Assembly: GCA_963666315.2 (NCBI GenBank)
Contig: CAXXHG010000023.1
Coordinates: 1 to 25,784, forward strand
Reading direction: 5' to 3'
Source: Candidatus Binatia bacterium
Lineage (GTDB): Bacteria; Desulfobacterota; Binatia; Bin18
Length of the DNA stretch: 25,784 bases
Part shown: one piece after another, positions 1 to 7,558 of the stretch
Position numbering within the stretch: position 1 is the first letter of the stretch
Layout of the letters: each line of letters opens with the position of its first letter
The notes under the pieces: model-generated
Databases searched by the model: none
What the model saw: only the letters and a program-made list of their open reading frames with translations
What the model was told of the DNA's origin: nothing
Translations under genes and position numbers: made by a program

Positions 1-90
1 GCCGCGGAGCTGTGTGAGAAGGAACTGGCGCTGTTCCTCGATGCCCCGGAGCCGTTCTCGTCCTCAGCACCCTTTGATGTCGTGCCATAA
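1..90 (+). CDS. possible 3' end of an upstream gene (AAELCEKELALFLDAPEPFSSSAPFDVVP*)
   Basis: Frame 1 is open from the window start to TAA at 88-90; no recognisable motif. Confidence 0.3.
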   Translation, partial: AAELCEKELALFLDAPEPFSSSAPFDVVP

Positions 91-163
91 CGGGTAGTAA
101 GCATTTTACTGCGCTGGTACACGCTAAGGTGTCCCAGCTTTCGCTTGCGCTGATGAGTTCATA

Positions 164-760
164 TTGCCTTGGATGACGTTGGCATCCATCGAGGCCTATA
201 GCCGAGATGTTCGGCGCTTCCTCGGCTTTCTCGACCATCTGCCGATCAAGCAGGTGACGTTAGGCCGGCTCCAGGACTATACGGACAGTTTGGCCGAGCA
301 CGCGCCTGCCACCCGGGCCCGGCTGCTATCGTCCGTGAAGTCGCTGTTCGGCTTTGCGCAGAAGATCGGGTATCTGCCTTTTGATCCTGCGCGTGCGGTG
401 AAGCTTCCGCGCAAGAAGAATATGCTGGCGGAACGGATTTTCACGGAAGAGCAGATCCAGGAGCTGATCTTTCAGGAGCAGCACCCCCGCAACCGGACCA
501 TTCTCCGGCTCCTCTACCATGCCGGCGTGCGTGCGAGCGAGCTCTGTCAACTGAAATGGCGGGATGTGTTACCGCGAGACGTGGGCGGGCAGGTTACGGT
601 GCATGGCAAGGGCGAGCGCACCCGGCATATCCTGGTCAGCAACGGAACCTGGGAAAATCTACTGGCCCTGCAGCCAGACAGTGGCCCGGATGATCCGGTG
701 TTTGCCAGTCGTAAGACCGGTGTTTGCCAGTCGTAAGAAACGCGGTCACCTGCCGCCCGT
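164..760 (+). pseudogene. XerC/D-like tyrosine recombinase/integrase, frameshifted and C-terminally truncated
   Basis: N-terminal core-binding domain (EAYSRDVRRFL, APATRARLLSSVKSLF), catalytic Arg box (LYHAGVRASEL) and Lys loop (VHGKGERTR) are present. A 22-bp duplication shifts the frame; the native frame continues VFASRKKRGHL and then similarity ends. No HxxR/H/Y catalytic region. Confidence 0.9.
695..738. repeat. perfect 22-bp tandem duplication CCGGTGTTTGCCAGTCGTAAGA x2
   Basis: Identical copies at 695-716 and 717-738. Confidence 0.97.
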
Positions 761-858
761 GTATCATCCTGCACGACACCCTGGGCATTGTCGTACCTGA
801 TCCCAAGGTTGAATTGCGCCTTCCCGTCGCCCTGCTCCGCGGCCTTCTCGACCATCCA
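758..858 (-). pseudogene. Sel1-like (TPR-related) repeat fragment
   Basis: Within ORF 547..942(-): WMVEKAAEQGDGKAQFNLGIRYDNAQGVVQDD matches the Sel1 consensus (W..KAAEQG.A.AQ.NLG.MY..G.GV.QD). About one repeat, abutting the integrase break. Confidence 0.8.
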
Positions 859-969
859 CTCAAGAATCCCTTCCAGGATGCCAATCCGAAACTCATTCTC
901 AATAATCTGTGTGGGGTCGATTGCACCGAATGTCTGATTCACAGTAGTGCTCCGCCGCTCGGGGTGATT

Positions 970-1170
970 TCAATGCTTGGCCGGGGGCGGCGAAGACGGC
1001 CCTTGCTTGACCGGCTGGTTACTTTTCCGCAAGCCGTAAGCGATCCTCAGGAAGTCGGCGATTTCCTGTGTCGCTCTGCTATCGTCCTGGCCTCCCTCCA
1101 GTTCCCGCCATTGGCGCGCTAAATCTTGGCGGATCTCTTCATCGCGTGTCAGGGTCTCGGCCCTCCCCAC
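970..1170 (-). CDS. hypothetical protein (66 aa)
   Basis: ORF overlapping the end of the YggL-like ORF; helical-looking, no motif. Confidence 0.25.
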   Translation of the reverse strand: MGRAETLTRDEEIRQDLARQWRELEGGQDDSRATQEIADFLRIAYGLRKSNQPVKQGPSSPPPAKH

Positions 1171-1484
1171 GCACGCCCATTGTCGGCCCCGTACTCGTAC
1201 GGGCTACTTTTATCTACCGAGGTAATCAGCGGGTGGCGGAGGAGCCAGACTAAGATGCGTTCTTGATTGGCCTCGTAGTCGTCCCGCCGTCCCAGTTCGA
1301 CAACCCCGGACAAGGCGTGGTTCACAATGTGCCCTCGAAACATCAGTCCGTGGGGCTCCAGTACCTGTGCCCGAAACGCCGCCAGCAGTGTCGTTGTAGC
1401 GCGGTCCGTCAACGAGACCTCGAGGTACATGCCGAATGTCCGAAATTCTCTACAGCGTGTCTTCTTGCGGAGGCGGCGGCGCAT
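1149..1484 (-). CDS. YggL/DUF469-family 50S-ribosome-binding-like protein, divergent
   Basis: MRRRLRKKTRCREFRTFG...AFRAQVLEPHGLMFRG...ILVWLLRHP parallels the YggL pattern RRLRKK...EFQELGF...F..EVIEP..L.F.G...WL. The ATG at 1484 was chosen; the true start is uncertain. Confidence 0.65.
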   Translation of the reverse strand: MRRRLRKKTRCREFRTFGMYLEVSLTDRATTTLLAAFRAQVLEPHGLMFRGHIVNHALSGVVELGRRDDYEANQERILVWLLRHPLITSVDKSSPYEYGADNGRAWGGPRP

Positions 1485-1700
1485 CCGGGCAATGATAGGG
1501 GGGGGGTTTGTCGAGATTTCAACGCTTAGGCCGCGCCGTACTGGTGCAGGGCGAGCGACAACCCTACGGCCTCTTGAAGAGCAGTGGATCATGACAAACA
1601 CCACTACGAAGAGGTATCGGCGTATCGGCAACGGACTTATATCCTGGCAATTCCCACTGTGTGTGAAACCGCCGCGATCCTGCTGGGTACTGTTCTCTCC

Positions 1701-1722
1701 AATCGGGCACTTATGCCCGATT
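1701..1722. other. perfect 9-bp hairpin AATCGGGCA-CTTA-TGCCCGATT
   Basis: Inverted repeat read directly from the sequence; function unknown. Confidence 0.6.
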
Positions 1723-1744
1723 CACGTCCAGCATGGATCTCTCC

Positions 1745-1879
1745 CGCTGTTCACTCGGCAATCAGATTCCGCTCCAGCTCGGCACACCCCGCACTCATGG
1801 TCAAGAATATTCCGCCCATAGCTGAGGCTGTGGTGATGCTTTGCCCGCCCTTATCGAGCAGAGGCAGACCTATACCGGC
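1745..1879 (-). pseudogene. serine recombinase/resolvase remnant (helix E region)
   Basis: Manual translation AGIGLPLLDKGGQSITTASAMGGIFLTMSAGCAELERNLIAE*T matches the resolvase pattern DT.SAMG..F..M...FAE.ER..I.ERT. The Arg codon is replaced by TGA at 1753-1751. Not in the ORF track. Confidence 0.8.
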
Positions 1880-1888
1880 GGTGGGCTA

Positions 1889-2224
1889 TCATGAGTCCCA
1901 ATAGTCAGTGCGAACCAAGAGGTAACTGTCGGGCGGATGACTCCACCATTGTGGAGATCGTCCGAATCGGGGAATACGCTGGGACCAGAGGGTTTGCGCT
2001 TCTACTTTCGTTGGCTCATAGCGCAAGCCAACCCAGCCGTCCGCTCTGGTGCCGTCAAAGTAGACAACAAAGTGCTCCGTTGAGCCGACGTCCGTCCAAA
2101 TTTCCCCCTTCAACCTAGCCATGGTCTTTGCCACAAACTTACCGTCACAGCGAACAGCGCAGGAATACCAGTCGGAGGCGAAATGCCATAGGCCGGTCCT
2201 AACGCAGCAGGCTACGGTGCCCAT
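1889..2224 (-). CDS. hypothetical ORF or gene fragment
   Basis: 111-aa ORF, no recognisable family. Confidence 0.2.
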   Translation of the reverse strand: MGTVACCVRTGLWHFASDWYSCAVRCDGKFVAKTMARLKGEIWTDVGSTEHFVVYFDGTRADGWVGLRYEPTKVEAQTLWSQRIPRFGRSPQWWSHPPDSYLLVRTDYWDS

Positions 2225-2596
2225 TTAGGCTCGTGGACTCTCGACACCTTGGAACGGCGGCCTCCCGGTCCTCTCATGATCGAGGTGCGGGACGATAGGT
2301 CGTTCGGACGGCATGGTCATTTCCGGAAACGTGTCGGTTTCGACATAGTGGTGGTACGCAGTGGCTTCGAGGTAGACGTTCCCAAATTTACTGAGTTTGT
2401 CCGCCGCAGCCGGTGTCTTCTCATAAGTCATCCCGAGCGACGCCCCCACAAAGATCCAGGTCTCATAATCCGTCGGACGGATGAGTTTGCCCTCTTTCGT
2501 GTAACGCGGCCCAAATTGCGTGGCCTGCGGTTGTTCGTCCGCCAGACTGTGGCACAGGTGGCGGGGCGCTTCTTCGCTATCCACGAAACACCTCAA
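2225..2596 (-). pseudogene. cytochrome P460-family protein, N-terminal fragment
   Basis: PRYTKEGKLIRPTDYETWIFVGASLG...FGNVYLEATAYHHYVETDTFPEMTM resembles the P460/c'-beta N-half (P.GYR.W.FVG; F.NVY..P.AY..Y..TG.FP.GT). Similarity stops near 2310; there is no CxxCH. Confidence 0.75.
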
Positions 2597-2611
2597 GAGT
2601 TGCGAGCGCGG

Positions 2612-2996
2612 CTACGGGATGTCACTGATTACCGTATATTCAATGGCCTCGTTTGAAGCAGCATGTACCTCGATGACCACGTCACGAAACCCAATGGTGG
2701 GTTGGCTCAGGTTAAACACCAAGTCTTGATAGAACGAGGCACGCGCAAGGTTATCGCTGGTATATTCCCTGTAGGAGATTTTCAGTGATTGCCCGTCCGT
2801 TCCGCTGTAGACAAGCTCGTAATTGATGTAACCTGAGCTGACGTCGACCGTTCCGATAACGGTACGTTCAGTAAATCTCAGCCCTGATGGAGATATCTCC
2901 ATCCCACCTCTTGGAATGACGTTGTTATATACCAGTGCAATGAGTCGTTAATCAAGAGTTCCGTCGCGTCGCACAAGAGCGGCGATTCTGTCCGCT
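2612..2996 (-). pseudogene. C-terminal fragment of a conserved hypothetical (lipoprotein-like) protein
   Basis: ELVYSG..G.SLKISYREY...LARASFYQDL.F.L....IGFR...IEV..A.N..I.Y.V is a recurring uncharacterised C-terminal pattern. The frame extends upstream of 2902 through an in-frame TAA; the N-terminus is missing. Confidence 0.55.
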
Positions 2997-3026
2997 GGTG
3001 GTGGAAGCCTAATCAGGGTAAAAAAT

Positions 3027-3173
3027 TCACTGTAGATACTTGTTTTGCCTATGCTGCTCGGTGTCGAGTGTGATTTCGATCTGGGAGCCAATCTCAAGCC
3101 CCAGGGCTCCGATATACGCTTTTGGGAGAGTCACCCCCTGGCTATTCCCAATCGTGCAGATTTTCCGTTCCAT
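3027..3173 (-). CDS. AbrB/MazE/SpoVT-family DNA-binding (antitoxin-like) protein, short or truncated
   Basis: MERKICTIGNSQGVTLPKAYIGALGLEIGSQIEI fits the AbrB-fold motif (GNS.G..LPK....LGL..G..V.I). AGAGGA RBS precedes the ATG at 3173. Confidence 0.8.
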   Translation of the reverse strand: MERKICTIGNSQGVTLPKAYIGALGLEIGSQIEITLDTEQHRQNKYLQ

Positions 3174-3186
3174 AGATTCCTCTGGA

Positions 3187-3214
3187 GTTATAACTTTTTT
3201 AATAATATTATAAC
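3187..3214. promoter_or_regulatory. putative operator: GTTATAA-N14-TTATAAC with internal palindromes
   Basis: AT-rich inverted repeat just upstream of the AbrB-type gene; palindromes GTTATAAC (3187-3194) and ATAATATTAT (3202-3211). Confidence 0.45.
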
Positions 3215-3347
3215 ATTTAATAGAGGCTATCAACGTAACATCCCCTGTATTACAAAGAACAAAGTAAAGACCGGCCCCCCTGCTCTTGCATGATAGTCAC
3301 CAAATAGGCTAAACCGCTCTTCATCACATTCCAATAAGGAGGCTGCT

Positions 3348-3998
3348 ATGAAGATGTACAATTCACTCGGTCCGAACCCGCGCTGTGTGCGCATGTTTAT
3401 GGATGAAAAAGGGATCAAAACCGATACGATAGAAATCGATCTCCTAGCCGCAGAGAATCGACAGGAGCCCTATACGCAAAAGAACCCCGGCGGTCAGATG
3501 CCGGCCTTTGAGCTGGACGATGGCAGTGTATTGGCAGAAACGACCGCCATGTGCGAATACCTCGAAGACAAACATCCCAGCCCGGCCATGATCGGTTCAA
3601 CTCCGGAAGAAAAAGCGGAAACCCGCATGTGGCAACGCCGCATTGAACTCCAGATTACAGAACATATGTATTACGGCTTCCGCTATGGCGAAGGCCTCGA
3701 CCTGTTTAAGACCCGTATGCACTGCCTGCCCGAAGCTGCAGCCGGACTCAAGGAAATCGTGCAAGAAAAGCTGACCTGGCTGGACGGCCTGATGGAAGGC
3801 AAGCAATTTATCGTGGGCAATCGTTTTACCCTAGTCGATATCATCATGTATTGCGCCTTTGATTTTGGCGCAGGCGTGGGCCAGAAAATTAGCCCGGACC
3901 TCAAGAACCTGACCGCCTGGTTTGAGCGGGTCAACGGCCGAGCCAGTGCGTCTTCCAGCATCCATGAGAAGGCTACTGCAGCCGGGATGCGGGCGTAA
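3348..3998 (+). CDS. glutathione S-transferase family protein
   Basis: GPNPRCVRMF, KNPGGQMPAFELDDG, LAETTAMCEYL, FIVGNRFTLVDI; AAGGAGG RBS. Confidence 0.95.
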   Translation: MKMYNSLGPNPRCVRMFMDEKGIKTDTIEIDLLAAENRQEPYTQKNPGGQMPAFELDDGSVLAETTAMCEYLEDKHPSPAMIGSTPEEKAETRMWQRRIELQITEHMYYGFRYGEGLDLFKTRMHCLPEAAAGLKEIVQEKLTWLDGLMEGKQFIVGNRFTLVDIIMYCAFDFGAGVGQKISPDLKNLTAWFERVNGRASASSSIHEKATAAGMRA

Positions 3999-4022
3999 GC
4001 CGCTCTATTCGTTCCTCTTCGC

Positions 4023-4051
4023 GTAAGGGCTTAGCACGGCTGCGCCCCTAC
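4023..4051 (-). repeat. GTAG-type REP-like palindrome
   Basis: Reverse strand reads GTAGGGGCGCAGCCGTGCTAAGCCCTTAC, an imperfect palindrome between GST and GNAT. Confidence 0.6.
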
Positions 4052-4061
4052 TTCACACACC

Positions 4062-4490
4062 ATGCCCATCCGTTTCGCCCAAACCGATGCGGACGTCCAG
4101 TCTGCCTTTCCCGTTGTGGTCCAGCTTCGTCCGCATCTCATTGAAGCGGAGTGTGTGGAACGTATCCGCGACATGGAGCAAGCTGGCTACAAATTTCTCC
4201 TTCTCGAAGATGGGAGCGAAGATGGCAAGGTACGTGCAGTAGCAGGTTTTTGGATGAGGCAATCCCTGGCGTGGGATAAACATCTCTACCTAGATGACCT
4301 GGTAACTGACGAGCCGGTTCGATCAGGCGGCTACGGACAGCGGCTATTTGATTGGTTAGTAGATTTTGCGCAAGAAAATGGCTGCAAACAATTTCACTTA
4401 GACTCCGGGGTCCAGCGGTTTGGAGCACACCGTTTTTATCTTAAAAATAGGATGATTATCGCGGCTCATAATTTTTCTTTTGATCTGTGA
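4062..4490 (+). CDS. GNAT family N-acetyltransferase
   Basis: LYLDDLVTDEPVRSGGYGQRL (acetyl-CoA motif A), HLDSGVQRFGAHRFY. Confidence 0.93.
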   Translation: MPIRFAQTDADVQSAFPVVVQLRPHLIEAECVERIRDMEQAGYKFLLLEDGSEDGKVRAVAGFWMRQSLAWDKHLYLDDLVTDEPVRSGGYGQRLFDWLVDFAQENGCKQFHLDSGVQRFGAHRFYLKNRMIIAAHNFSFDL

Positions 4491-5463
4491 CCGCAGGTCC
4501 AGCGATCGCAGGTCTAGCCTGCGTCTCTGCGTAATACGTAATGTCTCGATACACCGCCTCAGCCGGCTCCAGATAGCCCGCCTCTCCGTCAGGAATCCAC
4601 TCTGATGTTACTTGCTTCACCCAATTGCCTTTTGCATCGTACTCATAGGCATAGACTTCTTTTCGCCGAATAGAACCATCGGCCTTATACGCGATCCATT
4701 CCCGTTCGTTTCCTCGCTCGTCGTAGGCATACACCCAGCGCGAGGTCAGCGATCCGCTTCGACCATGCGTCGTCACTTCATTCATTTTGCCCAGCTCGCC
4801 ATCTGTCTCATACGCATACGCATTGCTGGATATCCGTGATCCGTCCGCATCGGACAGAGACCGTTCAGTAATCTGGCCCTGAGGATTGTAGGTATAGGTC
4901 GCCCGATGCAAGAAGCTGCCATCCGGGTCATGGTGATCAACCTGGCTCGGCTGCCCGGCCTGATAATAGGCGTACACATCCGTGAACCACACATCGCCGT
5001 CAGTGTCAGTACTGACCGCCTCAGTCAATTGTCCCGCCTTGTTATACGTATAGGCTGTCTTCCGCCACAGGGTATCGCCAGGGTTATACAATTGTTCCGT
5101 CTCCAGCTTGCCCGCGTCGTTATACACACGAACGACCCGTACGGCAGACGAGCCGTCGGGGTGATACGCGGTTCTTTCTGTCAGCTTACCGTCCACTCTA
5201 TAGTGGTCGATTTCCGTCAGTATCCGTTCGGCCTCAACCCACTTCTCCGGTTCCCCAGGTGGATTCACAAACAGCACCTGCTCGGTTTTGACAGTCTGTA
5301 CCGATCCAACGAAAGCGGTACTTGCGCGGTCTTCCTTTGCGCCCATTGCTGCGGTGACATCGGCCCGTCCAAGCGTTGCGCCGGATGTCAACATCAGCAG
5401 CAGGAGGGAGAGTGAAAAAAACAGTACGGCCTTGCTGTACACCAAAGAAAATACGGACTTCAT
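4456..5463 (-). CDS. secreted YD/RHS-like repeat protein
   Basis: Hydrophobic signal-like N-terminus; about 7-8 repeats of ~24 aa (Y.YN..G.L.E...Y..DG); ends YEYDAKGNWVKQ...RDITYY. The 3' end overlaps the convergent GNAT by 35 bp. Confidence 0.85.
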   Translation of the reverse strand: MKSVFSLVYSKAVLFFSLSLLLLMLTSGATLGRADVTAAMGAKEDRASTAFVGSVQTVKTEQVLFVNPPGEPEKWVEAERILTEIDHYRVDGKLTERTAYHPDGSSAVRVVRVYNDAGKLETEQLYNPGDTLWRKTAYTYNKAGQLTEAVSTDTDGDVWFTDVYAYYQAGQPSQVDHHDPDGSFLHRATYTYNPQGQITERSLSDADGSRISSNAYAYETDGELGKMNEVTTHGRSGSLTSRWVYAYDERGNEREWIAYKADGSIRRKEVYAYEYDAKGNWVKQVTSEWIPDGEAGYLEPAEAVYRDITYYAETQARPAIAGPAVTDQKKNYEPR

Positions 5464-5569
5464 ATCGCTACTCAATCGCTAACCAGCGCTAACCAGGATA
5501 CCCATTCTTGCGTTCCTTGACACTTCCCCTCCTTCCGCAGAATAATCTCGTTCTAAGGAGGAAGACCGT

Positions 5570-6349
5570 ATGCGAGACAATACACTCAAAAAAACGTTGA
5601 AGGCCGGGGAGTTCGCCCTGGGCACCCTGGTTTGGGATACCAAGAGTCGTGGCGCGATCCATACCCTGGCTCAGGCCGGAATGGACTTCATCATGATCTG
5701 CACCGAGCACTCAGCCTATAACCTGGAGACAGTCGTCGACCTTGTTACGTATGCGCACGCCGCCGGCATCACGCCGGTGGTCCGGATTCCCGATCTTGAA
5801 TACGAGCACGTCACTCGTTTGCTCGACAGCGGTTGTCAAAGTCTCATTGTGCCACATGTTAAAACCGGCGCCGAGGTCCAGCGGTTCATTGAGATGGCGA
5901 AATACTATCCTGACGGCAAACGGGGGACTGCCATCTATCTTGGCCCCAATACTGACTATGCAGACGTCGATACACTGACTGCGATGGATCATGCAAACAC
6001 CCACACCCTGCTCGGAGTCATTATCGAGACCAAAGAAGCAGTGGAAAATATGGACGAGATTCTCATACCTGGTATCGACCTGGTCCTCGTCGGACATCAA
6101 GATCTAGCCCAGAGCTTAGGCACGCCGGGCCAGTTCAGTAACCCCAAGCTGCGTCAGGCCACTGCCCGGGTGAATGCATTATGTAAAGAGCGCGGCATCG
6201 CCACCGCCGCTGCAATTACCCAACTCGACAATGTCCAAGCCCTTCTCGATACAGGGGCGCAGTATCTCCTGTACGGAACCGACCTGATTCTGCTCCGCAA
6301 AGAAGCGCAGCGCGCAGCCGCAGCATTGGCCCCATTTCGTAAGAGATAA
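5570..6349 (+). CDS. HpcH/HpaI aldolase family protein
   Basis: AGMDFIMICTEHS, PVVRIP, LLDSG...VPHV, YYPDGKRG, IIETKEAVENMDEI, G..DLAQSLG; AAGGAGG RBS. Confidence 0.92.
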   Translation: MRDNTLKKTLKAGEFALGTLVWDTKSRGAIHTLAQAGMDFIMICTEHSAYNLETVVDLVTYAHAAGITPVVRIPDLEYEHVTRLLDSGCQSLIVPHVKTGAEVQRFIEMAKYYPDGKRGTAIYLGPNTDYADVDTLTAMDHANTHTLLGVIIETKEAVENMDEILIPGIDLVLVGHQDLAQSLGTPGQFSNPKLRQATARVNALCKERGIATAAAITQLDNVQALLDTGAQYLLYGTDLILLRKEAQRAAAALAPFRKR

Positions 6350-6445
6350 TCCGTTTGCCTCTTTACCCTGGCCCTGCAGTTGCGATACACACAACACAGC
6401 ACTTCGGGAGCCTACCCGCATCAGACGTGGCCAAAGGAGGTCAGC

Positions 6446-7558
6446 ATGAAGTTCGGTATTTTTTATGAATTATCCGTTCCACGACCGTGGGACAAAGAGG
6501 CCGAGCGTACGGTGTATATGAACGCACAGGAACAGGTCCGGCTGGCCGACGAACTCGGATTTGATCAGGTCTGGGCCGTCGAGCACCACTTCCTGGAGGA
6601 ATATTCGCATTGTTCCGCACCTGAACTTTTTCTGACTGCTTGCGCTATGCAGACCAAGAACATCAATGTTGGACACGGCATTGTGATCTGTGTGCCGCAA
6701 TTCAACCATCCGGCTCGGATTGCCGAACGTGCCGCCGTGCTCGATATTCTGTCTGGCGGACGGCTCCAGTTTGGGACCGGCCGGACAGCCACCTGGACCG
6801 AGTTGGGCGGTTTTCAAGCCAGCCCGGACGAGACCAAGAAAAGCTGGGACGAATTTGTCCACTGCATCCCCAAGATGTGGACCCAGGATCGGTTCGGCTA
6901 CGAAGGCCAGTATTTCTCCATGCCTTCACGAGCCGTGCTGCCCAAGCCGTACCAAAAACCGCATCCGCCCATGTGGGTTGCTGTGACCAGCCCAGGCACG
7001 GAGCTCGACGCAGGAGATCGCGGCATCGGCTGCCTAGGAGTCACCTTCTCCAGCTTTGCCGAACAGGAAGCCAAGGTCAAAGAGTATCGGCGACGAATAC
7101 AGAATTGTAATCCGGTTGGCTCGTTTGTGAATGACCAGGTTGCCACGGTCAACTTCCTGTATTGTCACGAAGACAATGAAACCGGAACGAAAACCGGCAT
7201 GCATATGATCGGCCACTTCAACTATATGGCGGCCCAGCTCGATATGGCTAAAGAAGCCTATCCGGCCCAATCGTACCCTGCCGCCGGCCTCCTGCCTTCG
7301 CTCCGCCGTCAAGCTTCAGCCCCAGGTGAGCAAGCCAAAGCGCCGGAAGGTATTGCCGTCGGCAACCCTGAGCATCTGATCGGTGAACTCAAGAAATGGG
7401 AATCAAGCGGTTCCGATCGAGTCAATTTCTTACTCAACGCTGCGGAAATTATTCCGCAGGCACAGGTTCTGGATAGCCTGCGCTTGTTTGCCAAAGAAGT
7501 CATGCCGGCGTTTGCCGACTCCCCGCCGCAACTGGCTGCCGCAGGAGGAGCTAGCTAA
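6446..7558 (+). CDS. LLM-class (luciferase-like) flavin-dependent oxidoreductase
   Basis: MKFGIFYEL, LADELGFDQVWAVEHHF, HPARIAERAAVLDILSGGRLQFGTGR, PKPYQKPHPPMW, SLRLFAKEVMP. AAGGAGG precedes the ATG at 6446. Confidence 0.95.
   Translation: MKFGIFYELSVPRPWDKEAERTVYMNAQEQVRLADELGFDQVWAVEHHFLEEYSHCSAPELFLTACAMQTKNINVGHGIVICVPQFNHPARIAERAAVLDILSGGRLQFGTGRTATWTELGGFQASPDETKKSWDEFVHCIPKMWTQDRFGYEGQYFSMPSRAVLPKPYQKPHPPMWVAVTSPGTELDAGDRGIGCLGVTFSSFAEQEAKVKEYRRRIQNCNPVGSFVNDQVATVNFLYCHEDNETGTKTGMHMIGHFNYMAAQLDMAKEAYPAQSYPAAGLLPSLRRQASAPGEQAKAPEGIAVGNPEHLIGELKKWESSGSDRVNFLLNAAEIIPQAQVLDSLRLFAKEVMPAFADSPPQLAAAGGAS

Noticed and set aside
164-736. Integron integrase (IntI) driving the nearby fragments
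   Set aside because: It looks like a generic Xer-like recombinase, is truncated before the region holding the IntI-specific insertion, and no attC sites were seen between the fragments at 0.8-3.2 kb.
1498-1506. G9 tract as a phase-variation switch
   Set aside because: It lies upstream of the likely start of the YggL-like ORF in decayed DNA; nothing supports a switch.
4456-5475. Rhs polymorphic toxin
   Set aside because: Too short, with no DPxG core motif, toxin domain or immunity gene.
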